DNA of 63,591 nt, filler included, from Reticulomyxa filosa (taxonomy: Eukaryota; Protista; Foraminifera), in NCBI GenBank assembly GCA_000512085.1. It is 15 parts of 15 records of this genome, joined end to end, with 100 filler letters (N's around TTAATTAATTAA, not from the genome) between each part and the next. Parts side by side here need not be neighbours in the genome. Positions count along the whole stretch, not along the records: positions 24,328 to 33,771 come from ASPP01018789.1; positions 33,872 to 35,894 come from ASPP01039040.1; positions 35,995 to 38,264 come from ASPP01026939.1; positions 38,365 to 47,613 come from ASPP01010683.1; 11 more parts are not named here. One strand, 5' to 3'. The position numbers and the translations under genes are program-made. Position 1 is the first letter of the stretch, and each line of letters opens with the position of its first letter. Shown here piece by piece: positions 26,203 to 38,962 of this stretch. Below the pieces are notes generated by a model that saw only the letters and a list, made by a program, of their open reading frames with translations, was not told the DNA's origin and did not search any database.

Positions 26203-28306
26203 ATGAAAGAGCGATCCGAGAATATGCGAAGTCGCCTTTTTGGACGTGGTAAGAATCAGTCTGGTGAACAAAAAAGTTATGAAAAAGGAAGGGGGGGACA
26301 AAGCCATAGGCAAACGTATACATATGGCTGTTTGTATTGTTTGTTGTGTGGGTTGAATCGCATGCAGTCAGCGAAATGCTTTCGGGCACTTGGGGCGTGG
26401 AAATACCGCACAGTGGTGGTAACGCCCAAGTTCAAGGGACGGAACCGGTGGACAAATCATTAAATATGATGCTTCCTTTGGTTCAAATCAATGAAAAAAC
26501 ATTGGAAGTGATGTTGTTGCCATTGAATGGAGATATTTGCAATAATCCAAGCACTCAACAATATTTACATGGAATTATTAAATCGGAGCAATGTTATATT
26601 GAAATAAATAATGAAGAAAGCGGACTCGTACAAATCGTATGGTACAATGGCGAGTCAAACACAGAGAAGCAGCTATTGAATGTTCTTTCTCCCAAAGATA
26701 CTCAATCTTCACAATCGCAGTTATTCGCCGAAATGGACAGCAAAGACGAACACGAAAAAGATAAATCGAATGCGAGCATTGCGACTACAACTGCGAATGT
26801 AAACACAGATGCGAATGCGAATGCGAATGCAAATACAAACGCAAATGCAAAAGCAGACGAAACAAGCACTGTTGCCAATGAACATGACATACATACCCAA
26901 AATTCACAATCCAATGCAAGTGCGATCACAAACAACAAACACACAATATTGGAAGGGACTATTGAAAATTTCTGTATCCGTTGGAATGATGGGTCGCAGT
27001 GGCATAAAATTCAGTCTATTCACAATGACACCGACACGGCCACTGAAAACGAGGATCGCACATTAGAAGCCAATGTGATGACGCCAGTTTCGGGTACTGG
27101 GTCCTTCTTCAATTCTACCAATCCCACTGTCTCTGCTGTTGCCAAAAATACATCCGACGCAAGCTCTGCAAACACTGGTGCTTCCAATAATACGCTGCCT
27201 ACACCACGGGGTCAAGATTTGGTCTCCATTGATTCCTTAGGTTTTTTTTGTTTTTTTTTTTTTGAGAGAGAGGGACCAATAGATGTGATTAGTTGACTCC
27301 CTTTTTATAAAAAAAAAAAAGGAAAAAGTAACAACGACGGAAACAAACCTGAAGTAACACAAAAGTTACGAGAGACAGAAGCTCGTGTACGAGCGTTGGA
27401 GGACAAGTTAACTTTGAGCAAATCACAGACGCAGACCATGATGACACAATTGGCAGATTTGTCGAAACAATATGCGGACATCCAAACAAAATACAAAGAC
27501 ATGGAAAAAAAATACACGGACGCAAGCAATCAATTGGAAGCAGCCCAAATGGAGGCCAAAACAATGAAAGAGTCATTCGCAGAGATAACAGACCAATTAC
27601 GTAAAGCCAAAGACGAAGTAGTATATAAAAATGTGCAAGACACACAAGTAAAGCTGTTACAAATGAAAGAAGAAAATGCACAATTCCAACAACAAATCAA
27701 CGCACAACAACAAAAGATTTTGATGTTAGAGGAGCAATTACAACGCTCACAATTGTCTGCCAAGGTTATATGCATATACATATATATTTTTTTTTTATTT
27801 TTTTATTTTTGTACCTTTTTTTTCTACCTTTTTTTTCTAAAAAGAAAAACAAATGCAATGAATACACAAAATATCTAAAATACATACATATTATATATTG
27901 AAAACAGCAACATATTAAAACAACACAAGAATTGGAAACAAGACTAAGTGAACAAGAGAAACAATATAATGAAAAGACCACACACACGAGTGAATTGAAT
28001 GAAAAAATAACTTCGTTGCAACAACTTGTGAATGAGCTCACTCTCACAAAGGAGACATCGTCCAAACGATTTGAAGAAAAACTGGCCGTGTTGCAGCAAC
28101 GACACACGAACGAAATCCAACAATTGGAGCGAGGCTTTCAGGAAACATTGCGAACAAATCAAAAGCAAATCGATGAGTTGGAAGCATTACGAAACAGTTA
28201 TGCTAAAAAAAATACCAGTTTGTCCAAAGATGTTCGACGACTGATCCAACAATTGGAGGCACAAACAAAAACGACTGTCGCAAGTATGGGCACTGGATTT
28301 GCTCCT

Positions 28307-28341
<35 letters not shown>

Positions 28342-29665
28342 GACATTTGGCGGTACTTCCAGCCCTTTCGCTGCTGGCAATGATTCCGTCGAGAATCAAC
28401 AACTCCAAGAAATGGGACGCTTGCGACATGAAAACATACGACTATCTGAAGAATTGATTCGAAAATCACAAAGCTTAGTGGATGCACTGCGGGCCATTGC
28501 CGAGTTGCATGAAAACGCAGAAGATGAAACGTTGAAAATTACTCAATCGTTGTCCATGGCAACACGACAAAAGCCTGACCAACATACCCCTGGCCATTAT
28601 CATTATCATCATCATCGACATGCAAGTGGAACTGGCGTTGAATGTTCTCACAGCAACCAAGACTCGTGTTCTGAAGGCTTAGATGCCAAAACCAATGAAG
28701 TTGTCTCACTCGATGAAGTAACCGACCACTTGCATCATCAAATGGTTATGTGCGTGTATATTTTGTTTTTTGACCCGAATGTTTTAAAAAAGATGTGTCT
28801 TGCATGTATGTATAGACAAAACATCCCTCAGGCCAATTGTTGAGTGAAACCCCGTCAAGAAGCAACATAGAAAGCAATGACACTCACAATGGTCATACCA
28901 ACCATTCCAATAGCCGAAGCAAGAATACCAATGCCAAAGATCGGTTGAACGAAATTCGCAACCGAGTTGGTGGACGTATCAAAAAGTCACTCGAAGATGT
29001 TCAAAAAAAAGTAAAAGAAAAGAGATTAATGTCTCCGACCGCCGCCTTGGCGAATCGATTGAATTCGCACTCCGCTGTGGTTTCTGGGCATTTGAGCAGA
29101 GGTCAATTGCAAAGTCAATGCGATACTTTGCAATCGTTGGCAAATGAACTGGCCCTCACTGTTGAACAAAAAGAGGAGGTAACTTATAGATAAATATATG
29201 TACATATATTTTTTTTTTGTCTACTCTCAAACGAGATAAATGGTGTAATGGAATAATTTTTAGTGAAAAGATATGTTTTTTTTATAGATGTTGGATAGTT
29301 TGCGATTTGCCAACACGTTCTTGGGAAGAAGAGTTATTGCACTGGAGCGATTGTTACACATGCAACCAGGAGCCGCAATTCCAGACGAACAAGCACTAAT
29401 GGAGCAAGCTTTAGGAATAGAAAACTCTTCGGCTGATATATCTGATGCGAATGCAAACCAAAATCAAAATAAAGATGAACAAAAGAATGCTCAAACAAAC
29501 TTACAAAATGTATCCGATCAACCACAGAGCCAAAATCAAACGGAATACAAGAAAGAAACAGAAGGCACTGCTGAAAAAAATAATATAATTGTAGATATTG
29601 AGGGCTCAAAAGAAATACCAAAACTGGAAGACAATACCAAGAACACCTTAAACCAAGCACTATGA
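26203..29665 (+). CDS. Multi-exon long coiled-coil protein of unknown function
   Basis: Successive same-strand ORFs (26337-27296, 27396-, 27932-, 28837-, 29288-29665) separated by T/TA-rich GT-AG introns, with extensive heptad repeats. The 5' end is uncertain. Confidence 0.7.
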
Positions 29666-30028
29666 CGGAAAATAATGTGTCTTTTTCATTTCAAAAAAAC
29701 AAAAAATTTGTTTTTGTTGCACTTTTTGGGTTTGACCCAATCCACTGGCTGCAAAAAAAATTAAAAAATCTTTAAAAGTTTTTCCTTAAAATTATTCAAT
29801 GAAACAATGCATCACCATTTATCTATTGTAAATGTAATGTAAATTTACAATATGGCAATATTCAAAATAAAGAATGGTTCATTAAGGTTGTTAATTGAAA
29901 TGAACTCGGTTTAAAAAAAACCATATACTGTACTTTTTTCGGCCTACTTATTAATAAATGCTTTAAAAAAAAAATAATTATTATGCCACAAACTCTTCAA
30001 CAACCTTCCGACAAATCAAATACAGAAC

Positions 30029-30552
30029 TCAAAGAAGTTGTTCACCCACTCCTTCTTTCTGTTTCAAGGTTGGATAATACTTTCCTGAATCATGTCCGGG
30101 ATCAACAATCTCCACCTTGTTGTCCCCAGGAGATCCGCTGACATTAACTACTGTTGGACGACCACCAATTTTGCTAAGACACGCACCAAATGTTAGTGAT
30201 AATGCATCTCCGATCATCTTTGCCAATGGCGTATATGCCATTGAAAATACTTTCTGTATATTATCAAACATGCTCTTTAAGCTAATTATGGCTCATTCCT
30301 CCAAAAAAAGACAAGAAGACGTATAAACATAACAGTGGCCGGATGGACAAGCCAAATCAATAAAAATTCAAGAGCACCCATCACAAGGCCCCAACCAAGA
30401 GATAAAGGAACACCAATCAATATTGACAAAAAGTTGAAAATTCCTTTTCGGCAAGCACTGTAGGTCTGCCTTTGAACGTTTCGCACTGATTCCCATTCAT
30501 CACTGTCAGGAAAAGTAACATCAAAAGAAATTTGTAAAGGATCCTTGTTCAT
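30029..30552 (-). CDS. Caveolin-like protein (two exons, 154 aa)
   Basis: Exons 30552-30334 and 30274-30029 with a 59-nt GT-AG intron. LSILIGVPLSLGWGLVMGALEFLLIWLVHP matches the caveolin-1 intramembrane segment [30 protein letters not shown], and the alignment continues without gaps across the splice. Confidence 0.82.
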
Positions 30553-30973
30553 TGTCTCTAAATACGGTGAAGAGGATATTTATTTCTATTAAAAGGTGTC
30601 GAACGTTACCAAGACTTTTCTTGACGTTCGGTTTCCACTAGTTTTTTTAGAGTTGGAAACAACCGGCTGCATTAAAAACAATTGTTTTTTATTTACTTCA
30701 TTCTCTTTCACATTTAGCTAAGTCAAGAAAATAGAGTCAACAGTGAAACATGAAATACGCAATCAACAAAGGTGCTTTTTTTTTTTCCTGAAACAAAGAA
30801 ATGGAAAACCAAACCAAACAAAACACAAGTAAAATAACACAAAAGCAGCAACTAAACAACAAAATGACAAACATTCAACGGTTCTTTTGATTTTTGTATA
30901 ATATATTTTTTTGTAACAAAAACATTTGAAAAAAGCAACGTGCAAAAAAAAATGCTTTGTTCCTTTTTCGAAA

Positions 30974-33686
30974 TCAATCAAAATTGACTTGATCAATGCA
31001 ATGCCTGCATGTAGGGCATGCACGCTTATCTGCCAACCATTTGTCAATTTCTTTTTTATGAAAATAGTGGAAACACGGCAAAGTTTTGACTTCATCGCCT
31101 ATAACACAAATTTTTTTTTACTCCATTGAATTAAGAGATTATTTAGAAAACATGATAAAAGAGACAAACCTTTTTTGAAGTCTTCAAAGCAAATACTGCA
31201 TTGCTGATTCTTGCTCATCTGTAAGTCGGTTTCGGTGATCAAATGTGTCGGCAAGGATTCAATTGACACCGAATGTTTTGTCTTCAAAAGCAAATGTTCT
31301 TCTGACACGAAAGATAATTCATCACTTTCAAAGAAACGATGACTAGAAAAAATAGGAGATCGTTTATATATATATATATAACATACATGTACACACAACT
31401 GTATATATATATACATATATATTGCATGTTTTTCTCAACTCACAAGCAAGATCATTTTATTTACAATACTTGTGTGTAGAGAGCCACCGTGCATTGCAAA
31501 AAAGAGATGAGAAAAACAAAAAAATTAGTTCGAAACGTGTCAGTTATTCTTGCCCCAGGGAGATCTTCAAAAGCCATCAGCTCTCGCATGGTAGGACTGA
31601 TGCTAACACTGCCTCTGGACAAGACGCTACGTGGAGACAAGACAATGACCGACGACGGCAGCGAGAAAGGCGTCAATCCTGTCGGGTTTGATCGATCAGC
31701 GCTTAGCGAAGTTCGCGGGATAGGTGTTCGTGGCGTAGGCATTGAAGGCACAGGAGTACGTGGGATAGAGAGATCTGCGGCCCGTTCTATGCGATGATGC
31801 GATGTGGCTGCACGTTCCTGCTCGTTGTCCCATTGTGAAGACTCTTCGGATGGATGAACGGAAGTTTGAATGCGAAAAGAATGAAGAGGAGCAACAAACG
31901 CCTGCGCATGAGAATGAGAATGAGAATGAGAATAAGAGTAAGAATGAGGATGAGGATTGGGATGAGGATGAGGACGAAGATAATTACTATCGTGTGATCG
32001 TGTCCGTTCACGATTGAAATGGTTAATTGTTGGCCGAGGACTAAACGCATGGACACGACTACTGCCTGTCCTTTCGAATCGATGTGGATCTCTTCGTCGT
32101 CTTGGAAATTGTTGTTGTTGCTGTTGTGATGGTTTATTTCTTGGCTGTGTTTGAGACGAAATGTTGCCTGGCATCGTTGGCGGGCTTGTCATGGGTGGTG
32201 TTGTCTCGCGCGCCGAAGAAGACGACCCGGTTGGCTCATTTCTCGTCAACTGCGACAAGATTGTCTGACTATGACTTTGCTGCTGTAACTCCTCTGTGGC
32301 CGACTGTGGGAAACACAGCAATTGCACTCCTTGTTTAGTTGGCGAATGTGAAAACAAAATAAACAAAGAGAAAAAGAGAGAATGTGAAATTACATTAAAA
32401 AAAAAAAGTGTATACGTATTTATATATATATATATATATATAGTAACCATTGCAGTGACGGGAAGTGAGGACAACGGTGCGAGTTGAAGCGGAGAAGGAG
32501 ATGGTGGTTGAGATGAGGAGGACAGTCGCGGTGAAGGAGAAGACATGGTACCAATATTTGGCGTAAACGAGTGAATCCAATGATAACTGAGCGGCTGTCG
32601 ATTTTGAAATACACTAACGCCACTACTGATTCGACGATGTTCGTGGTTTGGAAATTCACTCCTGCTCGGCCTCGTCGTCCCCATTGTCATACTCCCTCGA
32701 CGAGAATAAGTCCTTGCCTCGCCAGCCATGTTAATCCTATTGCCAATCAATCCCGCCGATGCATTCGCGCCTTTCAATGGCGGTACATTGTTTCCCCCCG
32801 TTCGGTGTCGTGTGGCCTGTGTCTGCACTTGTGCTTGCATTTGTGCTTGCATTTGCGCTTGCATTTGCGTCTGTGCGGAATAGTCGGACAGCTGTGGAGC
32901 TGCATATCGGACGTGATTTGTGGCAGACAAGAATAAGGGAATATTTCTTCGTAGAGTGGTGGTGGGATGCAAGGGGGTGTCTGGCCACAATGACGTCTGT
33001 TGTGTGGAGGTATTGAGGGAAGACGAAGAAGAAGAAGAAGAAGAAGACAATGAGGATGAAGAGGCTGAAGGAGAAGAAGAGAAAGGGGATGATGATGAAG
33101 GCAGAGAATAAATAGGAGGTGGAATTTGCAACGTGCGTTCAGACGTGTGATTTACATTTGTGGGTGCAACTGACTGAAAGCGTATTCTTTGGTGAGACCC
33201 AATATGGATTGGAGGCGGTGGAAGATGAAGAGAAGATGATGATGATGAAGGAGAAGAAGGAGGAGAAGGAGCAGGAGGAGGTGGTGGTGGAACAGGAGAT
33301 GATTCATTTTCATTTTTATATATACTCTCTTCTTCTTCTTCTTCTTCTTTTGCTTGTTCTCGTAATTCTTCTTCTTCTTCTTCTTCTTCTTCTTCTTTTA
33401 CCCCTTCTTTTTCTTCTTCTTCCTCTTTTGTTATGTTTCGATTTCTTGGCTCATTTCTACTCCGATTTTTGTGTCGATTGCTTTTGTTAGCTGCCATACA
33501 AACACGTCCGCTGGCATAGTCGCGTCCTCGATCGCGACCACGTCCACGTCCACGTGCTCGTTCACGTCGATGCAATAGTGGTGGAGGGGTGTTGCCAATC
33601 GACGAGTCCGACAGAAATCCGTTCATTGATGAATCCCGAACTACTTTCGCTGGCCTTGGGTACACTGTTGTTGGTATCAATCCCAT
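30974..33686 (-). CDS. RING-H2 E3 ubiquitin ligase-like protein with long disordered N-terminus
   Basis: Spliced C-terminus CSICFEDFKKG/DEVKTLPCFHYFHKKEIDKWLADKRACPTCR, stop at 30974. Upstream P/S/E/Q-rich ORF with internal introns. The 5' end may lie beyond the gap. Confidence 0.8.
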
Positions 33687-33735
33687 GCTTTCCCATTGTC
33701 GTGTGCTTTTTTCCTCTTCTTTTCTCTCATTTTTT

Positions 33736-33771
<36 letters not shown>

Positions 33772-34489
33772 NNNNNNNNNNNNNNNNNNNNNNNNNNNNN
33801 NNNNNNNNNNNNNNNTTAATTAATTAANNNNNNNNNNNNNNNNNNNNNNNNNNNNNNNNNNNNNNNNNNNNGACATGTGACAAGCATTCTCGTTCTAATG
33901 TGAAAAGACAAAGTAGCAACCAATATTTTTTTTGGCACAGTGGAAAAAATAAAAAATTGCAAAAAAAAAATAAAAAACCAAAAAAATTATTTTTTGTCTT
34001 GAGTTGTGTGAAAAAGAACATTCAGTTTAAACGTTATAGTTGTTTTTAACTGTTTTGGAATTGAAAGACATTTGAAAATTATTATAATGATTTTTCCCCT
34101 CTTTTTTTTGTGCAGAACTTAAAACAACGTAAACCAATATGAGATTGTAAACATGATGATTAAATTTAATTATGAAATTTTGTTGTAATTAGTTTTCCGA
34201 ACTCCACATTTGATATACGCTATAATAAGAAACAATTGCACTTTCTAATTACAAGAAAATGAATTTCTTCATTAAAAGTTAAGTGTTTTTTTTGGATTTG
34301 AATTTATTCAATTTCCCCCGGAGGTGATTATTGAAAAAATAATGGTGTCAACATCGCAGTATCTTTTTTTAATATTAATGTGAAAAAAAAAGGCTAAAGC
34401 AAATAAATTTGGGGGCAAATAAAATAAAATTAAAAAAAAAAAGTACAAATCCTTATTGTGACAATGATATCACAAATACATGCTCGCGC

Positions 34490-35433
34490 CACGGACCAGC
34501 CACCATGGCGAAAAGCAGCATCAACAGTCGCAGCTTGAGCGGCCATTCGAAAGTGAAGCAGCACAATGCAGATCATTTGCCCACGTTATCCACGTTTTGC
34601 ATTGGTGCAAATCTTCATCCCACCCTGCCCAGTTGCAGTGAAAAGACTGTTTTGGACGAAGTATGTGAGTGCATTCAGTCCCAGCAATTAATCGACCCCT
34701 GCGCCGAAAAAGACACTATCATGGACCAGCGCTACCATCCTAACTTGAATCCCAAAACACCTCATCTCATTCTACCCCGTCCTCTTCTATTCACCAACTC
34801 AAACAAAAACACGACGGCGCTAACACTGACAGCTCGTCCAAAAAAGAGTTGGAGCGCAAGGATTGGAAGTACTACATGAGAATGAAAATCGCACCTAAAA
34901 CGATTGATCGATTAGGAGGTTTGCTTTTTTTAAGTCATATATGCATATATAATATATTATATTGTTTAATTGATTCAATTTCGATAATGCATATTTATTG
35001 TATTTTTTTTAAAAAAAAAGGGGGAATGTCATTCATATCTCATCAACTGTCGAGCCACTCTAGTAACGAGATAAGGGCGGTGAAAGCGGGGACGAGAGAG
35101 ACAACGGAGAAGACTGTTGGAACGACGCGCCAGACGAAGCAATCGAAAGAGCAGCAAGCGCATCCGGTGCATTTGCTAACGAACACTAGCAACATGACAT
35201 ACATTCCTTGCATACTGGAGCTGGCGCAGTTGTATTTTTCTCGATTGGAGACACCCGCGCATATTGTGGAGTGCAGTGACAACGACGAAGAGAATATGTT
35301 GATGATATCGCTGTCGGACAGCTTGGAAAAGGATGGTGTCGAAAATAGCACGGACCAATTGAAAATCTGTCGCAATAATCGTCTTCCAAACGTCCCGCAC
35401 ATTCGAGACATCACACGGGTATCACACAAATGA
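34490..35433 (+). CDS. Hypothetical protein (at least two exons)
   Basis: GC-richer open frames separated by an AT-rich intron at ~34920-35020. No recognised motif. Confidence 0.35.
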
Positions 35434-36099
35434 CAGTCAGGTCAATAGCAATGGTACCAACACGTTGTACATTTATAATCACAACAACAGCCATCATCAC
35501 TACAAACATAAAATAAAGTCGACATACGGTTGAACGAATATCACGATTTAACCACAGGAAGAAGAAAACACCTAGCAAATACTTGCGATTTCGGTGCGAT
35601 AGTGGACAGCAGCGGAACGAGTGGTGTGAGTAGTGGAATACTAGTACCAAATCATGTATAAGTTGATGAAAGTGCTTTGTGTGCAATTGCAGTTTCTGCC
35701 ATCCATTTAAATCGTCTCATCCATAGATGTCATCACCAAAGCAGACACCGGCACCGAGACTGTGACAGGCACCACCACTGAATCGGTCACTGCTACTACC
35801 ATCCTTGCGACAGGAACAACTACAACGATAACTGCAAGCGGAATGACAGTAGTAGTAACGGGAACTGTTGGAAAAACAACTGCTATGGTACTGGNNNNNN
35901 NNNNNNNNNNNNNNNNNNNNNNNNNNNNNNNNNNNNNNTTAATTAATTAANNNNNNNNNNNNNNNNNNNNNNNNNNNNNNNNNNNNNNNNNNNNTTTTTT
36001 TTTTTTTTTGTGTGTGTTGTATCATGTGTTTTCGTTTTGTGGCTCATGCTTCCCCCTCTTCTTTCTAATCTTTTTGCACTTTGTGTTTTGTTTCGTCGT

Positions 36100-36836
36100 A
36101 CCGCTTGTAAAATGAAAAGTCGTTCTTTATTTGACCTTTCATATCCTTTAACGTGTCCAAAATCATCATGCGGTCCAACAACAAGTTCAACACGGTCATG
36201 TGGTCCCTCCACAACGGTTCTTTTTTTTCAAGCGGATACACCAACGTACGCAGGTTCTTTGTAAAGCACTTCACCATTCGTCCGTGGTATGCCAGCAATC
36301 CATTTATTTTATTAATCTGAGGGGTCAATATCTCAAACACTTGTTTATACAACGACTTTTTCTCTTCATCCCCCAATTCTGCTGGAATCTTACATTTACC
36401 ACACACACGACATATGTACACGTCACACGTATGTATGGACCAACACAACACAAACACAAATACCATTGGCAAGGGCTTCGAATAGCTTCGATAAGTATAT
36501 CTATCGTCATTTGTGTTGTGACGTATTGTTTTGTCCTTCATATTTCACTACGAAGGGACACAGCTTTGTGCTGTGTAATTGCAAACAAACAAACAAACAA
36601 AAACAAAACAGGGTATGAATATAATAGTCGGCTTCCGAAATGCATTCTTCAATCTCGGAGAGGTTACTCAATTCATCCGCAAATTTGTGATGATGTGCCA
36701 CATGATCGATCAAATTGCTCACCGTTTCACCAATTTGCTTGTAATGTACTGCTTTACTAAAGTCATTCAACGGCACCGATTTTTGACTGAAACGGTGCGC
36801 TTCAAATTTCGCTGATGCTTCGATTTTTACTGACAT
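36100..36836 (-). CDS. CYFIP: CYFIP/Sra1/PIR121 (WAVE regulatory complex subunit), N-terminal exons
   Basis: YIHTL/YTYRSYSKPLP, LYKQVFEILTPQINKI and MILDTLKDMKGQIKNDFSFYKR match CYFIP LYTWRSCSRAIP, IYEKTVEVLEPEVTKL and [21 protein letters not shown]. Confidence 0.88.
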
Positions 36837-37689
36837 TTTCTCCGTCGTCTGTGTTTATTGAAAGTCCTGATATAGCATGGATGTAAGCAACAAAAAAATT
36901 AACACAACGAAGAGATTACCTCAAAAACACAAAGATCTGTTGTTCAGATTCTCCTATTCCCTTATTTCTTAAAAAGGGCAATGATATCTCCTTTCTTCTT
37001 TTTGAGTGGATACAGTAGTGTTTCTGTTTCATCAATTTCTTTTTCAGCAAATATCTTGCTCACTTTTAAATAGTATTGCTTTTTCACTACTATAAAAGGC
37101 AATGTACTTCATTCAATAATTTTTTCAAGTCAGAAGACAATTAACTCAATCATTTAATGAAACAAGATCAATGGTTTTAAAAAGTAAAACAATTAAATGC
37201 CTTTTTTATTTGTATGAATCTATGTATATATGCGTGGGAAACAGACAACACTATCCGATCAAAAGTCTTTATAAATAATTCTTGTGAAAGTGTGCAATGA
37301 ATTGTTAAAAATGAAAAATAAGACTTTGATCGTTTGAGTCCACATCTTTTTGGTTGCGTTTAATTATAAAATTGTCGTTCATTTTTTCTCTGTAGTATTG
37401 TCATTCAAGAAGACAAACATTTACACCCTGCAAAATTCTGGAAGAAAAATCAAAGCAATCACCACTTATTTTTCTGTTTCTTATGTTGAGTGAAGCCAAT
37501 AAATACTAGTTATTGTGTTGCTGAAGCAGAACTTGGGACTTTAAAACAGATACATATGTTGTAGATTGTTTTATCGGATCGTATTTTGACGGAATTGAGA
37601 TTATCAGTCGACGTGCCCCAAAAAACAGTAGTACCGACCTAAAACAAGTCAAGCTCTTTCTAAAACGAGCCTTCCCCCTTCGGACTAAG

Positions 37690-38232
37690 ATGTCTCTCCA
37701 AGACACAAAAGACAACTATTCCCCAATGGATATCAAGGAAGAGGGAGGTTTGTTGAAAAATGGCATTTGGCCATCTTTGCGTGTAACAAATAACATTTAA
37801 AACAAACAAAAAAAGAGGAAACAGCAGAAGCAACAGAAGACGAATACTTTGAACGAGAGTTGTTAGATTTTTTGGAGATAATAGAAACAGTGAAAACGAA
37901 GCTAAGCAGTTGAGTGGGCGAAGTACAAAAACGGACGGTAGTAATAGAAAAAATATACCTGAAGACACGTATTGATTTTAAGCATTGCAAATTGAATAGA
38001 AAAACAGGCAGTAGGTGATGAGCCAACAGATACAATAATTCCAATAATAACTCGTTTTGGAAAAATGAGTTGTGAAATGCCGGAAGATCAATATACCCGA
38101 GTATACGACGGATTGAAAATCCTAAGTGACTTGGTAATGCCACAGCCACAGCTCTTTGCACGTTGGACGTCACTGCCACAACTTTTCAAAATTGCCAAAG
38201 AATATAAAGCAAAATACCCTGTCCCAAAGAAA
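37690..38232 (+). CDS. Hypothetical protein, 5' exons, truncated by gap
   Basis: Short open exons (MSLQDTKDNYSPMDIKEEG; ...MPEDQYTRVYDGLKILSDLVMPQPQLFARW...) separated by intron-like sequence. Confidence 0.35.
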
Positions 38233-38364
38233 GGCATGTCCATTCTGCTTTTTTTTTTTTTTTTNNNNNNNNNNNNNNNNNNNNNNNNNNNNNNNNNNNN
38301 NNNNNNNNTTAATTAATTAANNNNNNNNNNNNNNNNNNNNNNNNNNNNNNNNNNNNNNNNNNNN

Positions 38365-38962
38365 CTTCTATCTCTCGTGGGGGTTCCTGTTAGGAGGAAT
38401 GTTGATTTTGTATTGGGTCATGGATGAATATTATCGAAAGCAAGTCTCCTTTGCTTACCAAAGGGATCTGCTCTGGTACAAAGAGGTCGTTATGCCACCA
38501 TTCTGGACCTTTTCTCCCATCGCGACCACACGCTATGGTAATCCTGCTGCGCCCATCATTATGCAACGTGATACCCATGGCCCTTCGTTGAGTTTTTTTT
38601 TTTTATTAAATGTATTATATTTTATCTTATTTTGTTTTATGTTTTTTTGATGTGTAGTGTGTACATCCTCAACTTTTTTACTGAGGAGAAATGTATTTTA
38701 TTTAATTTTTTGTAATGTGTGTTACAGACGGTTCTTCCCACGCCGTGGTCAGTTCGTTTTTGTAAAGGGTGGAGAGGAAGATGCTTATGGCCATGTGGAT
38801 TATTGGAAATTCGATTGGAACGTTGATGGTCATATTCATCCCTCTTTGAGGAAAAAACACAAGGATGGACATCATGACAGTCACCACCATGATGATCATG
38901 GACATGAAAAACATGACGACAATAGTACACACTCTCATCATTCCACATCTCATTCACATTAA
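38365..38962 (+). CDS. Single-pass membrane protein (5'-partial) with His-rich C-terminal tail
   Basis: TM segment LYLSWGFLLGGMLILYWVM. In-frame GT-AG intron 38587-38727. Tail HHDSHHHDDHGHEKHDDNSTHSHHSTSHSH. Confidence 0.7.

Noticed and set aside
38065-38962. One gene spanning the gap at 38265-38364
   Set aside because: Fragments on either side of a spacer cannot be assumed adjacent; there is no evidence of continuity.
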